Shown in pieces: positions 1 to 15,155 of a stretch of 64,000 nt of DNA. Location: assembly GCF_009914755.1 (NCBI RefSeq), contig NC_060928.1, one strand, 5' to 3'. Source of the stretch: the human T2T-CHM13v2.0 reference genome, Homo sapiens. Below the pieces are notes generated by a model. It worked only from the letters and a program-made list of their open reading frames with translations, ran no database searches and was not told the DNA's origin. Position 1 is the stretch's first letter. Each line of letters starts with the position of its first letter. A program made the position numbers and the translations under genes.

Positions 1-444
1 GGGGTTGTATTCAACGTGATTTCTTGAGAATTAAGACAGTAGTGAGGAAACACAGAAGAAAAAATTTCTGCTGTAAATAAAATCCTGATAGAAAAAGCAT
101 ACCAGGGAATTTTGGTTGATAATTGTTTCGCTAATTTATTGCCTCTCACTTTATCTCGAAAAATAAAACATTGTTTGGCCCTTATTCAAATAATTTTCAC
201 TAGTGCAGGAATTCTGGTAACCTGATCATATATATCTATCTTTATTATGAGATCTTCAGTTGTTTAAAGTTACCATATTTTATAATATTATATATATATA
301 TATATAGTCAATTGAAAAACTGATGTAGTCGAGAACACACCTTGCCTAATATAACTGCTACATTGAATTCATTTACATCATAACAATTTCTCAGTTCTTT
401 AAAACAGAAGTTTAAAAGCAGATTCATTATGTGGTTCATTAGAT

Positions 445-920
<476 letters not shown>

Positions 921-1279
921 TGTCTCTGTCTGCCTGCAATGGTGCTGAATCAACAGTAGCTGCCTTCTCTGTTTTTCCCCAAACAAATTCTCCCCATGTC
1001 TCTCTAAGTTCTCTGCACTAATTTCAAAGTTAATGAAAAACAACTATCCATCTCTTTAATACTATTCAGATTTTAAGCCTGTGATTTTGTGTATAAACTA
1101 TTCTCAATCATACAAAACAGTGTACTTTTAGAGAAAGGGCAAAGTTCCTATTTTGTTTGTTTTAAAAAAAAAGTAAGTTAGAATGAATGGGAGTTCATTT
1201 TTAAGTCAACATCTATTTCCCTTTTTTGTCACTCTACTTTCTTTCAGAATCTTTCCATGCCACTTCCAGCAGGACTTAC

Positions 1280-1377
1280 ACGTGGGTGCCCTGGCTTCCT
1301 TAGTTGCATTGCAGAATAGTTATTGTAAACAGAAAATCTTTCACTGCCAAATTTGAACTTGGAGTAGGGGGTCTTCC
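1280..1377 (-). pseudogene. Candidate exon (98 nt): KTPYSKFKFGSERFSVYNNYSAMQLRKPGHPR
   Basis: Acceptor ctttctcaaattag|GG, donor CGT|gtaagt; one frame fully open. Confidence 0.6.
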
Positions 1378-2501
1378 CTAATTTGAGAAAGTCATTCAAG
1401 TGTGTAACTATATAGGAAATGTATTACTTTATAAGTTTGGAGAGGCTTGGAAATATTGCTGGAACACAACGAAAAAAGGAAATGAAATGAAACCTCATTA
1501 ACTCTGTCCCTAATTCTTTTGTAAGCAGATAGCAGTTCCCTTGAAATGGAAAACTGGGAAAAAGGCCACAAAGAAATTATATGATTATTCTCCTAAGATC
1601 ACATAGGAATGAAGTACAACAGTTATGAGCATAAGCTAAGATGATTTAGGATGCTAAATTTTGGCTAAGCAAACATATACACTTTTCCAGCTTAGGAAGA
1701 GATTCACGTATCCAACACTACATCTTCTTTACATTTTAATTTTTACTTCATCTGAAAAATTGTAAGTTAAAAAAAAGTTGTAGATAATATATAAGAAAAT
1801 ACAAAACAAGTTCAAACCCACACAATTATTTTTCATATATTCTAGTTATTTCTCACTGATCATTTTGTTGAAAATACATGGGATATATCAATGTCCTGAC
1901 TGCATGAAAAAGAATTTCAGTGAACATCCCTAAAAGAAAAGACGCATATCCATCCTTTCTTCCCCGTACCCAGCAAAATGAGAACATAAACATTTAGTCC
2001 CTAAAAGTTTTCAGTTGCCAGAAAAACAAAGAAATATAGTTACACATCCATTTTTAACCATATATAGAACCTAGCTCTGATAGACTTGAAACAAATAACA
2101 CTATTTTTCCCAATGATTTCTAAAAGCAGCAAACCATGAAATACAATTTCATTTTCCTCTAATGGTAATAGAAGATATTTCATGTTGCTACCAAACATAT
2201 ACTGTATATTCTTGTCTCTTCAAAGTCTATTTTTTATTAGCTTAAAACCCTGAGCTGTTAAATGTAGCATAAAACTTCTGTGAAATTACACTGCTTTGCA
2301 TCAGGGGAAAAGGGTCTTTTAATTGGATGATTGCAGAAGAGGAGAGAAAAAGGAGAGAGCCTTCAAAAGTTTGGGTAGTTCAGATTTTAAAAATCTGGAT
2401 GCTTCAGCAAAATTGCCAATCCTCTGAGCTTTGATTATTATTACTAATGTAGCGCTTACAGATACTGTAAATTAGATCTTGAGCACATTATGGGCCAAAT
2501 A

Positions 2502-2599
2502 CCATCCTTTTATACTCATGTGTAACCTTTAACAGGTTTCAATGGGAAATGTGCATGGTTACTCGAAAGCAGTTTTCCCATTATTTTTCTACTCTAAAT
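2502..2599 (-). pseudogene. Possible exon (SRKIMGKLLSSNHAHFPL in one frame)
   Basis: Acceptor ccttattttgtatcag, donor ATG|gtattt; stops in the frames examined. Confidence 0.35.
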
Positions 2600-3102
2600 C
2601 TGATACAAAATAAGGCAATTAGAAGAAACATGTTAAAAAATTAATAGTAACAATAACTTTAATTTTGTATAGACTTTTCCAATTACAAAGAGTTTTACAC
2701 AACATAACATTATAGCTGTATAGTGAAATAAGTTTGTGTATATAAAATCATATTAAAGCATCTTCAATATCAAAATTTAACATCAGTATATCTGATAAAA
2801 GATGATTGTTTAGATTTATGTTTGACAGAGTAGCATTTTGAAAAGAATAAAATTTTGAATTCAATTCTGTTAAATGGTCAAACACGTTAATTTTAATAAT
2901 AGGAGTAATTTATACTTTATATAATCTATAAACATTATTCTTTTATAATTGTTTTTAGTTTATATTTTTCTTGTATGTTTGTAAATCTGTCTTTTGTTTT
3001 CCCTTTATTTGCTTGTTTGCATATTTCTTTTTCAGTTTTCCGAAAAAATTTAGCTATATTATGTTTTTATTTTTCTGGTTCATTGTCTTGGAAAGTATTC
3101 AC

Positions 3103-3215
3103 CAGGATACAGGCTTCCAACAAGGCATATTCTGAGGAAGCATCCTAAGTCATTTTCACAAGTGGTTGAATTTCTGAGAAGTAATATCAGTCTTGAGCTA
3201 CTTCCATTATATAAC
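3103..3215 (-). pseudogene. Candidate exon (113 nt): LYNGSSSRLILLLRNSTTCENDLGCFLRICLVGSLYP
   Basis: Acceptor tttatcctag|G, donor CTG|gtgaat; open frame; ENDL..FL resembles the RGS ENL.FWL motif. Confidence 0.5.
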
Positions 3216-3399
3216 CTAGGATAAACCCTGTGCATTCTAGTTATTCAACAGGACTTGGTATTTCCTAAGCCTGTATCAAGATGCATTAACTGATTTAATA
3301 GTCAGAGTTCTTTAATTGTTTGTTATTTTGTTTTATTCATTTACATTTTTTACAAACAAGAAGAACACTATGATCTTCAGATCTTCAGACCAAAAAATA

Positions 3400-3980
3400 A
3401 GCAAAAACAATGTTGAATGCTATTGTGCAAAATGAAAGCCATCAATAAACAATATTTGCTGTGGGTTTTTGCTTGTACCTAAGTTGATGAAACAAAGGAT
3501 ATCTCTACTTTTGTGGAAGAGAGAGAACAATAATAGCAATAAACATAATGAATAAACACATTTTATAGCCTGATGGAAGATGAAGATGGTAATTCCTATA
3601 GATAAAGAACAGGGTCACAAAGATCAGGTTTATGGAGGAGAGTTGCTTGTAATTAGTCCTAGCCCTCGTCAAGGAGGTGAGGGAATGGTCAAGAAATTAG
3701 ATGGGAGAGGAGTGTTCTAGAGATGGAGGGGAAAGGATGTAAATTTGAAAATGTGCCTGATGACTTTCAGGACCAGCTGAAGGGTAAATAGTGAAAATAG
3801 CAGGGAAAGGTGAGGTTAGAGAAAGATGGGTAGGAATACAATATGAAAGGTCATTGTCAACTTTAATTCTTATTTAGGTGTGAAAACTCTAACAGACTCT
3901 GAGTGACACAAAGTGGCTTTTAACAAGATCATTCTGGTTTCTCAGTTTACAGCACATTGCAGGAAGCTAGGGGCAGAGAC
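3400..3980 (-). mobile_element. L2 fragment
   Basis: Purine-rich L2-like blocks (tgaggttagagaaag, ttttaacaagatcattctgg). Confidence 0.5.
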
Positions 3981-4281
3981 AATCATTTAACGTTTTATCT
4001 ACTTTTTTGTATAAATTTAGGGGGTACGAGTGCAGTTTTGTTACATGGGCATATTGTGTCACAGCGGAATCTAGGCTTTTAATTTACCTTCATCAGAATT
4101 GTATACATTGTATCCATAAGTAATTTCTCATCTCCTACCCTCCTCTCACCTTCCCACCCAGTGTTTGCTATTTCATACTATATGTCCATGTGTGCAATGA
4201 TTTAGCTTCCTCTTATAAGTGATTACATGAAGTATTTCAATTTCTGTTTCTGAGTTATTTCACTTAAGATAATGGCTTCCA

Positions 4282-4598
<317 letters not shown>

Positions 4599-4664
4599 TT
4601 ACAGTTTCATCCATATTGCTGCTGCAAAAGACATGATTTCATGTTTTATGACTGAGTAGTATTC

Positions 4665-4698
<34 letters not shown>

Positions 4699-5800
4699 TT
4701 CCCATTTTCTTTATCCAGTCATCTGTTTTAGACACTTAGGTTGATGCCATATCTTTGCTATTGTGAAGAGTCCTGCTGCAAACGTGAATGCAGGTATATT
4801 TTATACAATAATTTTTTTTAGCGGGGGGATTAGATACCCCATAGTGGGATGCTGGATTGAATGGTAGTTCTATCTCTAGTTATTTGATAAATCTCCATAC
4901 TGTTTTCCATAGATGTTGTATTAATTTACATTCACACCAAATGTGTATAAGCATTCACTTTTCTCCACATCCTTGCCAAAATCTGTTATTTTCTAACTTT
5001 TTAGTAATAGCCATTCTGACTTATGTAAGATGGCTATCTTGTGGTTTTAATTTTCATTTCTCAGATGGTAAGTGGTGCTGAGCAATTTTTCATATGCTTG
5101 TTGTTGCACTGAGTTGCTTGTAGATTCTGGATGTTAGTATTTTTCAGTTGCATAGTTTAAAGATATGTTCACCCAATCTGTAGGTTGTCTATTTACTCTA
5201 TGATTATAACTTTTGCTGTGCAGAGGCTTTTTAGTTTAATTCAGTCATATTTGTCTAGTTTTGTTTTGGTTTCATATGCTTTTGAGGTCCTAGTCATAAA
5301 TTATTTACCTAGGCCAATGTCCAAAAGAGTTTTTCCTAGGTTTTCTTCTAGAATATTTATAGTTTCATTTGATTTTTGTTTTTAATTACGTTTATGCAGT
5401 GAATCACATTTATTGATTTGTATATGTTGAACCATCCTTGCATTCCTGGAGTAAAACCCACTTGATCATGGTGTATTTTATTTTATTTTATGATGTGCTG
5501 TTGGATACAGTGTTTTGTTGAGGATATTTGCATGTATGTTTACTAGAAATACTGATCTATATTATCTTTTTTTGTGTGTGTGTGTGTGTGTCCTTGTCTT
5601 GCTTTGTATCAGGGTGATATTGGCTTGGTATAATGTGCTGGAGAGGATTCTTTACTGCTCAATTTTCAAGAACGGTTTTAATAGGCCTGGTATCAGTTCT
5701 TTGTATGTTTGGTAGGACTCAAGTATGAATCCATCTGTTCCTGGGCTTTGTTTGTTTGTTTATATATTTGTTAGTACAGATTTAACCTCACTACTTACTA

Positions 5801-5876
5801 TTTTGGTGCAAAAGTAATTGTGGTTTTGCCATTGAAAGAAACAGCAGAAACCACAATTACATTTGCACTAACCTAA
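5801..5876. mobile_element. MADE1 mariner MITE
   Basis: Palindromic ttggtgcaaaagtaattgtggtttt...aaaccacaattacatttgcactaacctaa followed by TA. Confidence 0.9.
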
Positions 5877-7241
5877 TATTCTATTTGGGATTTCTATTTC
5901 TTCCTTCTACATGCTTGAAAAGTTACATATTTCTGGAAATTCATTAATTTCCTCTAAGTTTTTTAGTTTATGAGTGTAGAGATATTCATAGTAGTCTCTG
6001 AGGATTTTTAGCATTTCTCTAGTATCAGTTGTAATGTCTTCTTTTTCATTTCTGATTGTGTCTATTTGAATCTTCTCTCATTGTTTCTCGCTTAATGTAG
6101 CTAGTGGTCTATCAGTTTTGTTCATCCTTTCAAATAATTTCTTGTGTTGTTGATTCTTTGTAATTTTTTTGGTTTCTTTTTCATTTAGTCCTGCTCTGAT
6201 CTTTGCTATTTGTCTTCTACTAGCTATGAAGACACTTTTTAGTTTAAGTTCCATTTGTCTTGTTTTGTTTGTGTTACATTTGCTTTCCAGGTCTCAGTCA
6301 TAAATTCTTTGCCTAGGCCAATGACCAGAACAGTTTTTCCTAGATTCTTTTCTAGTATTTTTATAGTTACAGGTCTTACATTTAAGTCTTTAATCCATCT
6401 TGAGTTATCTTTGTATATGTGAGATGTAGGGGTCCAGTTTTATCCTTCTAGACATGGCAGTCCAATATTCCCAGTACCGTTTATTGAATAGGGTGTAATT
6501 CTCCCAACATATGTTTTTGTCGACTTTGTCAAAGAGCAGTTGACTGTAGGTCTATGGCTTCATTTCTGGATTCTCTGTTCTAGTGATCTATATTTTGATT
6601 TTTATCTAGTGACAAAAATCTATGTGTTGATTTTATTTAGTGGTTAACACATGGATCTATGTGTTGATTTTTATACCAGTACCATGCTATTTTGGTTACT
6701 ATACCTCATAGCATCATTTGAAGTCAGGTAATGTGATGCCTCTAGATTTTTTCTTTTTGCTTAGGATCGCTTCGGTTATTCAGGCTCCTTTCTGGTTCCA
6801 TATTAATTTTAGGATTTTTTTTCCTAATTCTGTGAAACATTACATTGTAATTTTAATGGGAATTGCATTGAATCAGAAGACTGCTTTAGTCAGTGTGGTC
6901 ATTTTAACGATACTGATTCTTCTGATTCATGAGCATGGGATATTTTTCCCATTTGTTCATGTCATCTAATCTGCCATCTTGAAGGGAAAAAAAAAACCCA
7001 CAACATTTTAAATGAATAAAATGAAGGCTGAAATAACAATGTGAACTCAGGCAGATACTATGTGGGTTCTTAGGTTTTTATAAAATTGCAAAGTAAGTAA
7101 ATTAATATCCAATGCTCCTAGATTTTCCATAACCTTTTTTCTTACTTCTCCTGTGCACATTTCTCTTTGTCAGACTTAATCTTAGCAAAGGATTCAATAC
7201 CCACACATTAAGAATATTTCTTTGACTTTTTAATGAGTTAC

Positions 7242-7299
7242 CTGCATTTTAACCTGGAGGAACCCACAGGAATAAATTTCAAATGGTTAAATGTCAAGC
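7242..7299 (-). pseudogene. Candidate exon (58 nt)
   Basis: Acceptor ggtttttaag|G, donor CAG|gtaact; one open frame LTFNHLKFIPVGSSRLKCR. Confidence 0.4.
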
Positions 7300-7577
7300 C
7301 TTAAAAACCATGAATAATTATTTTTGGCTAGGAATAAAATTTAGATCCGTGGTGAACCCCAGTAATTTCTGGCTCTTGGGATTTTTAATGGGAATAATTT
7401 ATTATAAATGTTTCTCTCCATCAGAAAATTAAAAAATTTTAAAAGGCACAGTATTTTTGTTTGAGGCGAGTTGATAAGTCTACTAATTTCTCTAAAAATG
7501 TCATCGAATTATTACACAGAAACAAGTAGTTGCCAGGCAAGAATCAAGGCATTAGAGATAAAATCTGATTTACATAC

Positions 7578-7660
7578 CGCACTTCTCTCTCCTCAATGTG
7601 CTCATAGTATAAATTGGAGGCAATAGGTAAGTAAACAATGGGAGGGTGTTGGAGAGAGAT
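7578..7660 (-). pseudogene. Candidate exon (83 nt): ISLQHPPIVYLPIASNLYYEHIEEREVR or SLSNTLPLFTY...
   Basis: Acceptor cttccctctatgatag, donor GCG|gtatgt; two frames open. Confidence 0.55.
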
Positions 7661-8152
7661 CTATCATAGAGGGAAGTATCTATGCTTATGACCGTTTATC
7701 TAAACATCATTCTCATCTTTGATTCTGTTTAATCATCACTACGATTCAACTCAATGCAGTTTCTTTTCTTATTTCTAAGAATAGTACTATATTCTGTCTG
7801 TCACACAGGCTCTTTCACCTGGAATTGTCACTAACCTCTCTCTTTTCCTCACTTTCAACTTTAAATTTGGTTCTAGAATAATTCCTTGGAATTTAATAAA
7901 AGCATATTCAATTAAATTGAATATAATATTAATGTATGGCCTTTTTTCAAAATTTTTTCTTCATATCATTTTAATGACTCCTGTATACTCATAAAAGTTT
8001 AAGTTTCAAAGCATTAGCTTGTAATTTTTTACACATACATACCCAAATATGAAGATAATTTTAATACCTTATATAAATAAATAATAAAATAAATAAAATA
8101 TATTTATTTTCAATAAATGTAAATATTATCTTGATATTTATTTTGCACTCAC

Positions 8153-8308
8153 AGTTATTACTGATTTAATAACTTGATATGAAACATCCTTGTTTTCAGA
8201 AGTGTACTGTGAGTTTGGATATTGCTGCTTTTTATTGCCACAAAAGAGTACATAAGCATTTAGCAGCCAGAGCATGAAGCCCATAGGGTGACTGTGGCAA
8301 CAGAGTTT
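8153..8308 (-). pseudogene. Candidate exon (156 nt)
   Basis: Acceptor ctttatattag, donor ACT|gtgagt; phase-0 frame open for 52 codons (KLCCHSHP...YQVIKSVIT). Confidence 0.55.
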
Positions 8309-9240
8309 CTAATATAAAGTCGATGTAAAAGTATGCAGGAGAGAAATAGAAGAAAAATAAGAAAAATAATTAGGCCAGACCTCAAAAATAATGCTTATAT
8401 AAATTAGATGTGATAAAGTGATAGGTAATAAAACTTCAAGGGCCAAACAAATTAAGAAATGAATGATGTGAAATGGAATCAGCTCAGGGGAGCAATGACA
8501 ATGGATGGAACCAAAGAAAGAATACATTTATGAATTACAGAGAAAGAACTTTAGATTAATGAAGAGGAGATTTTATCATATCAACAGAGCAATTGAGATG
8601 AGTGGTCCATAAAGCTTTATGACTTTAGCATGAATTCTGGTGGAAAGAAATATTATAGTAGATCATGTTAATCTAATTTTACTATCCTTAAATGTAATGG
8701 CTTTTAAAATTGTTAGCTGAACAATTCAAGGTGGCAATTTGCTACATCAATATAAGCAGTCTCTTGTGACCTTTTAGGAATACTGAGCTACTGATTAGTT
8801 AAGTGACAGTGATCCTTTTTCAAAACAAATGCTATATAGAGATTTTACTAATTTCCCTACTTAATTAAGAAATGATATTTATTTCCCCTAAGGACAAAAA
8901 TTTTCAATGGTACTGACGATCATATATTAGATGGTAAAGTGGATTACTGAAAGTTAGTGCCACTCTAATTAAAAATTTGATTCATCCCACCCAAGACAGA
9001 AATGGGGACTGAATTTTATATCCCATTGAATAAATTAATTCCACACACAAGTTTTAAGTTCCTAAAGTCTTTAACTTCAGCTGTGGCTCTAAAAAAATCA
9101 ACATGACTCTAATTTATAAAATATAATAACGTTAAAATTTTCATATGATTGTGAGGATAGAGTTAGGTAATAAACTAAATAACTACATTGTTTAAAAATT
9201 TACAAATGCATAGGAGATCTGTAAACATTAAAATATGATT

Positions 9241-9466
9241 GAATTTTTCAATAGATAATTGTTCTGATGTTTGAAATGTTCTGGAAGTGTTCATATAGAG
9301 GAGTATGCTGTCCAATATGGTATTTACCAGCTATTGATGGCTACTGAGCACTTCAAATGTAGCTCATTTGATGAGGAAATTAATTTTTTAATTGTATTTA
9401 CTTTCAATTAATTTAAATTTAAATACTCATATGGGGCTAGAAGCTCCAATATTGGGCAATGAAAGT
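9241..9466. mobile_element. MER3 (hAT-Charlie MITE)
   Basis: gctgtccaatatgg...actgagcacttcaaatgt...aatttaaatttaaat. Confidence 0.75.
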
Positions 9467-10302
9467 CTAGAACTCACATCTTAAATTTGATTTGATTGTT
9501 GAATACATCAAGTTTGTAATTAATGTAGCTGCTGGGAGGTATTGCTACAATCAGACAATCAGAGGACTCAAAGTTTGCAATAGAGATTTAAGGTAAACTG
9601 TGAGCAAGACACTTTTAGTGATGAATTTCTAATTAATTTATTAATTTCAGTACTGAGTTCGCTCTATAATTAAGTCTTAATATGCATATTACTTAAAGTT
9701 AATTATAAATACTAATTCTTGGTTTTATCAATCACAAATGGGTGTAGGGGGTAGAAAATGTGAATAAAAATATTGGAGAGTTAATTTATATACTAGTCTT
9801 ACACTGAGAGGTGAATAGTTTATGTTTGGTACAGATTAGCTACATTTAGTCAAAGCAAATATTGTAGAAAAATAAACATAGTGCCTCTTTTGAATATGTA
9901 AGTATTTTTAGTGACAATTTGATTATTCAAATTGATTATTTGAAAATTTGATTATTTGACAATTTGGATTTTAGAAATCTGTAGACCTGAAGCTTCCCTT
10001 GAACCAGGATTAATTAAAGACAATATTGCCAATTAACACCAGACAGTATAACTGGTGTTCTTGCTGTGCTTTTATGTATGTGCTCTAGGCAGAGCTTTTA
10101 CTAGCTTACACATCTCTACGCAGATTTTTAAGCCTTTCAAGAATTTTGCCACTTCTGAGCTGAGCTCAGAGCCAAAGGAGAGCTGAATTTTAGCACTTTG
10201 GTGGAAGCAGCTTTCATGCCCCTCAGGCTTATACTTAAATCTGTCTTTACTCTAGGAAACTTCATAGAGCTCTCTTGGCCTCTGTGCCCCTTTAGTTTCT
10301 AA

Positions 10303-10528
<226 letters not shown>

Positions 10529-10607
10529 TAGGACTTTAAGCCTTTTCCCCTAGAACAAAATCCTCTGGTGTTTTATTTTTCCTTGACTTAGATTAATCTC
10601 AATTTTA

Positions 10608-10768
10608 CAGTTTACTACTCAAAGTGTTGGCCTTGGACTAGCAGCATAGCTTCACTCTGGAGCTTGTTAGGAGTGCAGAATATGAGGCCCCACACCAGAC
10701 GTACTCAACGAGAATCAACATCTTATGATCCCCAGGTGTTTCATAGGTACATAAAAGTTTAAGTACTG
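10608..10768. mobile_element. MER5A/B
   Basis: ctactcaaagtgt...agcagcat...gagcttgttag..tgcagaat...atccccaggtg. Confidence 0.75.
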
Positions 10769-11149
10769 TATGTAGCACACTTCTTCTTGTTTGCTCCATA
10801 AGAATACAAAGGTATTTTATTAATGGAATTTGTTTTTATAGTACTTCCTTAAATGAGCCAAACTTCATGATCATCAACCAGTATATGCCCCGTTTTTCCA
10901 TTCCAGATCATTCTTTACATTTTATTTATTAACTTTTTTAAAAAAATTAAGACAAGTACAAGAAAGAGCCAGACATTCATTCTTCCCTTGTCTTAATGTA
11001 AAGTATAAGTGTGCATATTCATTGTCTCATCTGTCCTGCACTCCTCTCACTTTAGCAGCAACTCTGTAGAGGACAAGGATCATTTGTTTCTATAGGTAGG
11101 TATTTGGTACCTCTTAGAATATTATCTACCTGTCCTAGAAACCATATAG

Positions 11150-11456
<307 letters not shown>

Positions 11457-11488
11457 TTAAAATGTTTTCTTTAAAAACTTAAATTTTC

Positions 11489-11780
<292 letters not shown>

Positions 11781-12223
11781 AAACAAAAACTTGATTTTCC
11801 TTATTATCTAAAAACACAGTAAGTTTTTCATGAAAATCTCAGTGCTAAGCATTGTGAGATTCACTAGCTATTCTCATGCAGATCTTAATGTAGGGACTAA
11901 TGTCTATCAGATGCATTCCTAATCTGATTTTGTTAATAGTTTTTTTATTGACAGTAATTCATCAGAGATAAGTACTAGTTTCCTTTTACATGTAAAATAT
12001 TCAGTATAATTGTATTGATTGAATTATAGCATCAACTATTTTAACAATAAATTATTCCTACTCTACACATCCACTGAGTACACATTATGAGTAACATTAT
12101 GGTAACTGCTGAAATATAGAAGTAAAAATTAGAGTTCTTATTTTGTAGTAGCACAAAGACACTGAAAAGCAAGATAGAGCTTTCTTAGAAAAATATTAGC
12201 GTTAAAAATGTGACCATTACTTG

Positions 12224-12327
12224 TCGTGAACCTGGGAGGCGGAGCTTGCAGTGAGTCGACATCGTGCCACTGCACTCCAGTCCGGACGACAGAGCAAGAC
12301 TCCATCTCAAAAAAAAAAAAAAAAAAA
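12224..12327 (+). mobile_element. Severely 5'-truncated AluY
   Basis: cgtgaacc.gggaggcggagcttgcagtgag plus poly-A; TSD core ccattact on both sides. Confidence 0.85.
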
Positions 12328-12531
12328 GCAGCCATTACTAAACAAAAAATATGAAAAAAAAGTACTAACAGGTAGCACACTTTGCTAGATTCAAAATAAA
12401 TTTTATAGTATCTGATTCTAAACAGCATGTTATAGATGAATTCTTAAAGAGAATAGTTATATAAAAAATTCTAATTTATTTTGGAAAATTAAATTTCTGT
12501 CAAAACCTGTAATATTTATGAACAGACATAC

Positions 12532-12669
12532 TTTTCTTTTAGCACGTCAACAGAGTTGTTAGGTTGTCTTAATCCTTCACTGGCTACCTGCACTTTCCCT
12601 TCAATTCGTCAGGCACCTTTGAGGCTGTCCTTATATCTTCATCAATTGTCTTCAACAAAATGGATGAGA
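12532..12669 (-). pseudogene. Candidate exon (138 nt): SSILLKTIDEDIRTASKVPDE(fs)IEGKVQVASEGLRQPNNSVDVLKE
   Basis: Acceptor cttctattcatag, donor AAA|gtatgt; locally GC-richer; two open half-frames joined by a 1-nt frameshift; phase matches the 15084-15155 exon. Confidence 0.65.
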
Positions 12670-13494
12670 CTATGAATAGAAGCTCATTGTCATGAAAGTG
12701 ATATGAGAAATAAATTTGCTGAGTAAAAGATTATAAATTCACATTAATTGATTGTTCAATTTTCTTGAAAACTGATGATTATTCTGATTTTAATATGTTT
12801 GGCAGATTTTAAATTATATACTTGTTTTTCAAAATAGAGCTTGGTAAGAGTGATATACCTTATCATATCTTTAAAAGAATTATTTTTTATTTTAAGTAAT
12901 TAGTGTCCTAATCTAGCCATATATACAAGAATTCAGATAAAAAGTTTACTGGTTGAATTAATCTACACTATCATAGAACTGTGAAAACATGCAATAAAGT
13001 TAGTTTTTTTCTTTTTTTTTTTCAAGAAATGCTTTAGCAAACCAAAACTTGTTTTGCGATAGCCATCTCTCCTATATATCTCTAATAAAAGAGCACTTTT
13101 TCACATATTTTTAAGTAGCTATTCCATTATAAACACCTTCCCTCAATTTGAAATCAATTAATATTTTAAATACTGGAGAAAAGGCAAATCTAATATATAT
13201 CTTCTAAAATATTTTTTACATAGTAGCAAAACCTCTGATTATGGCTTTAATTTTAAACCACTCCCATTTGCCTAACGCTGTCCTGATTCCAGGATTGAAA
13301 TTTCCACATTCTAGGAAACTCCTCAGTTGCAGGGATACTTGGATGATTGGTCACCATCATGTACCATTTTATTGCCTTAATATTTTAATATTCAAAGTGT
13401 AAAAATGTGTCTTATACAGGAATTCAGAGCTCCTTGGGATGTCTATAGTGATAACTTTAACATTATTTGCTAATGCCTTTTGTTATTTTAAAAC

Positions 13495-14330
13495 CCATTA
13501 ATTAAGCACCTATTTTTAAAGCATTTTTTATGTTAAAAATTTCAATAGATCATGCTCTATGTCCTTAAGGAACTCATAGCTTAACCAAAGAGCAAGGCAT
13601 ACAAAATAATAAATTATAAATATGAGGTTGGAATTGTTAAAAGAAAGCAAATTTCTTCTAAACACAGAAGACTTAGACACTTACTTTACCTAGGAGAAAT
13701 TAAGGAAGTCCTCCATTAGTCCTAATTAAAGAAGTTGTGGTATTTTAGGAGAAACAGGAGTTAACCAAAAGAGAGGAAAGGAGGAAAGGATTTCCAGGCT
13801 TGGTGGTATGAAAATGAAGGCTGTACTCAGTGTTTGGTGAGAAATTTAAAGCCATTATAATATAGGATGGATGATGTGGACATAATCATTTGGAAGAGCA
13901 TTGATGACCAGAATTGAGCAATAGGATTTACCCTATAGGAGTGGTTTGAAAAAAATAAAAATAAAAAAAAAAAGTAAATGCTCAGGACTTAATCAGAATC
14001 ACCTGGGAAGATTTTACAATTACAGACTGCTGCACCACTTCCAGCCCAATCCCCCAGAGAACCTGCTGAGCAGATCTGAGGTGCCAATTACTTCAGTTCA
14101 TATATTTGTAATGATCTTCATAGGATTACGATGTCTGTGGAGATTTAGAACCTCCAGATTTCCCATAGAGAGCCAATAGTGGTAATTAAGCATTTGATTT
14201 ACATGATTTTATTTGATTTAAAAAATAATTCTAGAACATTTTTGTAGAGACAGTAGGCCACTAAGATTTCTTTGAATGATGCAGTTGAGAGATAAGGAAC
14301 TGTACTGAGGCTTTGTCAAGGGAGGAGAAG
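13495..14330 (-). mobile_element. L2 fragments with a nested MER5A piece (~13980-14082)
   Basis: attaagcacctat..., ccttaaggaactcatag; atcagaatcacctggga. Confidence 0.5.
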
Positions 14331-14387
14331 GTAGTGCTAAATACAATGAGAATTTTCAAAAGTTGAGTACAATCTATTTTTTCAGAG

Positions 14388-14699
14388 TGTGGCTGCCATT
14401 TGGTATCCTTGGGGGACTGGTTTTAGGACCTCTTTTCATACACCAAAATTTACAGATGCTTGAGTCCCTGATATAAAATGGTGTGGCACTTGCATATAAC
14501 CTATGCATATACTCCTGTATACTTTAAATCATCTCTAGCTCACTTATAATACTTAATACAATGTTGGTGTCATGTGAATAGTTGTCATAATGTATTATTT
14601 AGGGAATAATGACAAGAAAAAGTCTGTACATGTTCAGTACAAACACAATTAAAAAAATATTTTCCATCTATGAATTCATGGATATGGAGGACCAACTCC
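14388..14699. mobile_element. MER2 (TcMar-Tigger)
   Basis: ggtatccttgggggactggtt...gtccctgatataaaatggtgt...catggatatggagg. Confidence 0.85.
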
Positions 14700-15083
14700 A
14701 TATGTTTTACGAATATTTGTTATACTAGTTTCTGATACAGTTGATATAGTTTGAATAGAGTACAAATACTGCACGTTGAATATCAGTATATAATAGGACA
14801 AATAATGAGACTATTTTTCTCATGTTTTCCACTGTATCTGTTTATTTCTTTTTTCATTATTGGATTGATTCATCCACATAGTAAGTAATTTTTAACTGCC
14901 CACCATGTGCCGAACAGTGCTAACTAGATGAAGTATTCATTTATTGTTTTTTGGAAAGGATTGAAAGCAACTTTAATTAAAATACAAATTATTGTATTTA
15001 GTATTCATTTATAATAAAAATGGTATATTTTCAAAAGGACCATACATTTCATACAGGTATTGACATTAAAGTGTTCTACTTAC

Positions 15084-15155
15084 CTTTTCTTTGCGAAGAA
15101 TTTAGAGGGGCATTTATAATATAAATTGTTACCACTTTTCTGAAGGACAACTTAC
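15084..15155 (-). pseudogene. Candidate exon (72 nt): KLSFRKVVTIYIINAPLNSSQRK
   Basis: Acceptor gtttttgttacacag, donor AAG|gtaagt; open; resembles the RGS IY..YI...AP region. Confidence 0.6.

Noticed and set aside
3105-3222. Plus-strand open frame RLPTRHILRKHPKSFSQVVEFL
   Set aside because: No plus-strand donor or partner exons; it is the antisense of a minus-strand candidate exon.
8680-8790. Minus-strand CHLELFS.QF RGS-like motif; similar hints at 1-85, 44670-44727, 48560-48800 and 51450-51552
   Set aside because: Boundaries and frames could not be fixed by eye, so they are not listed as features, but they are worth including in a homology search.
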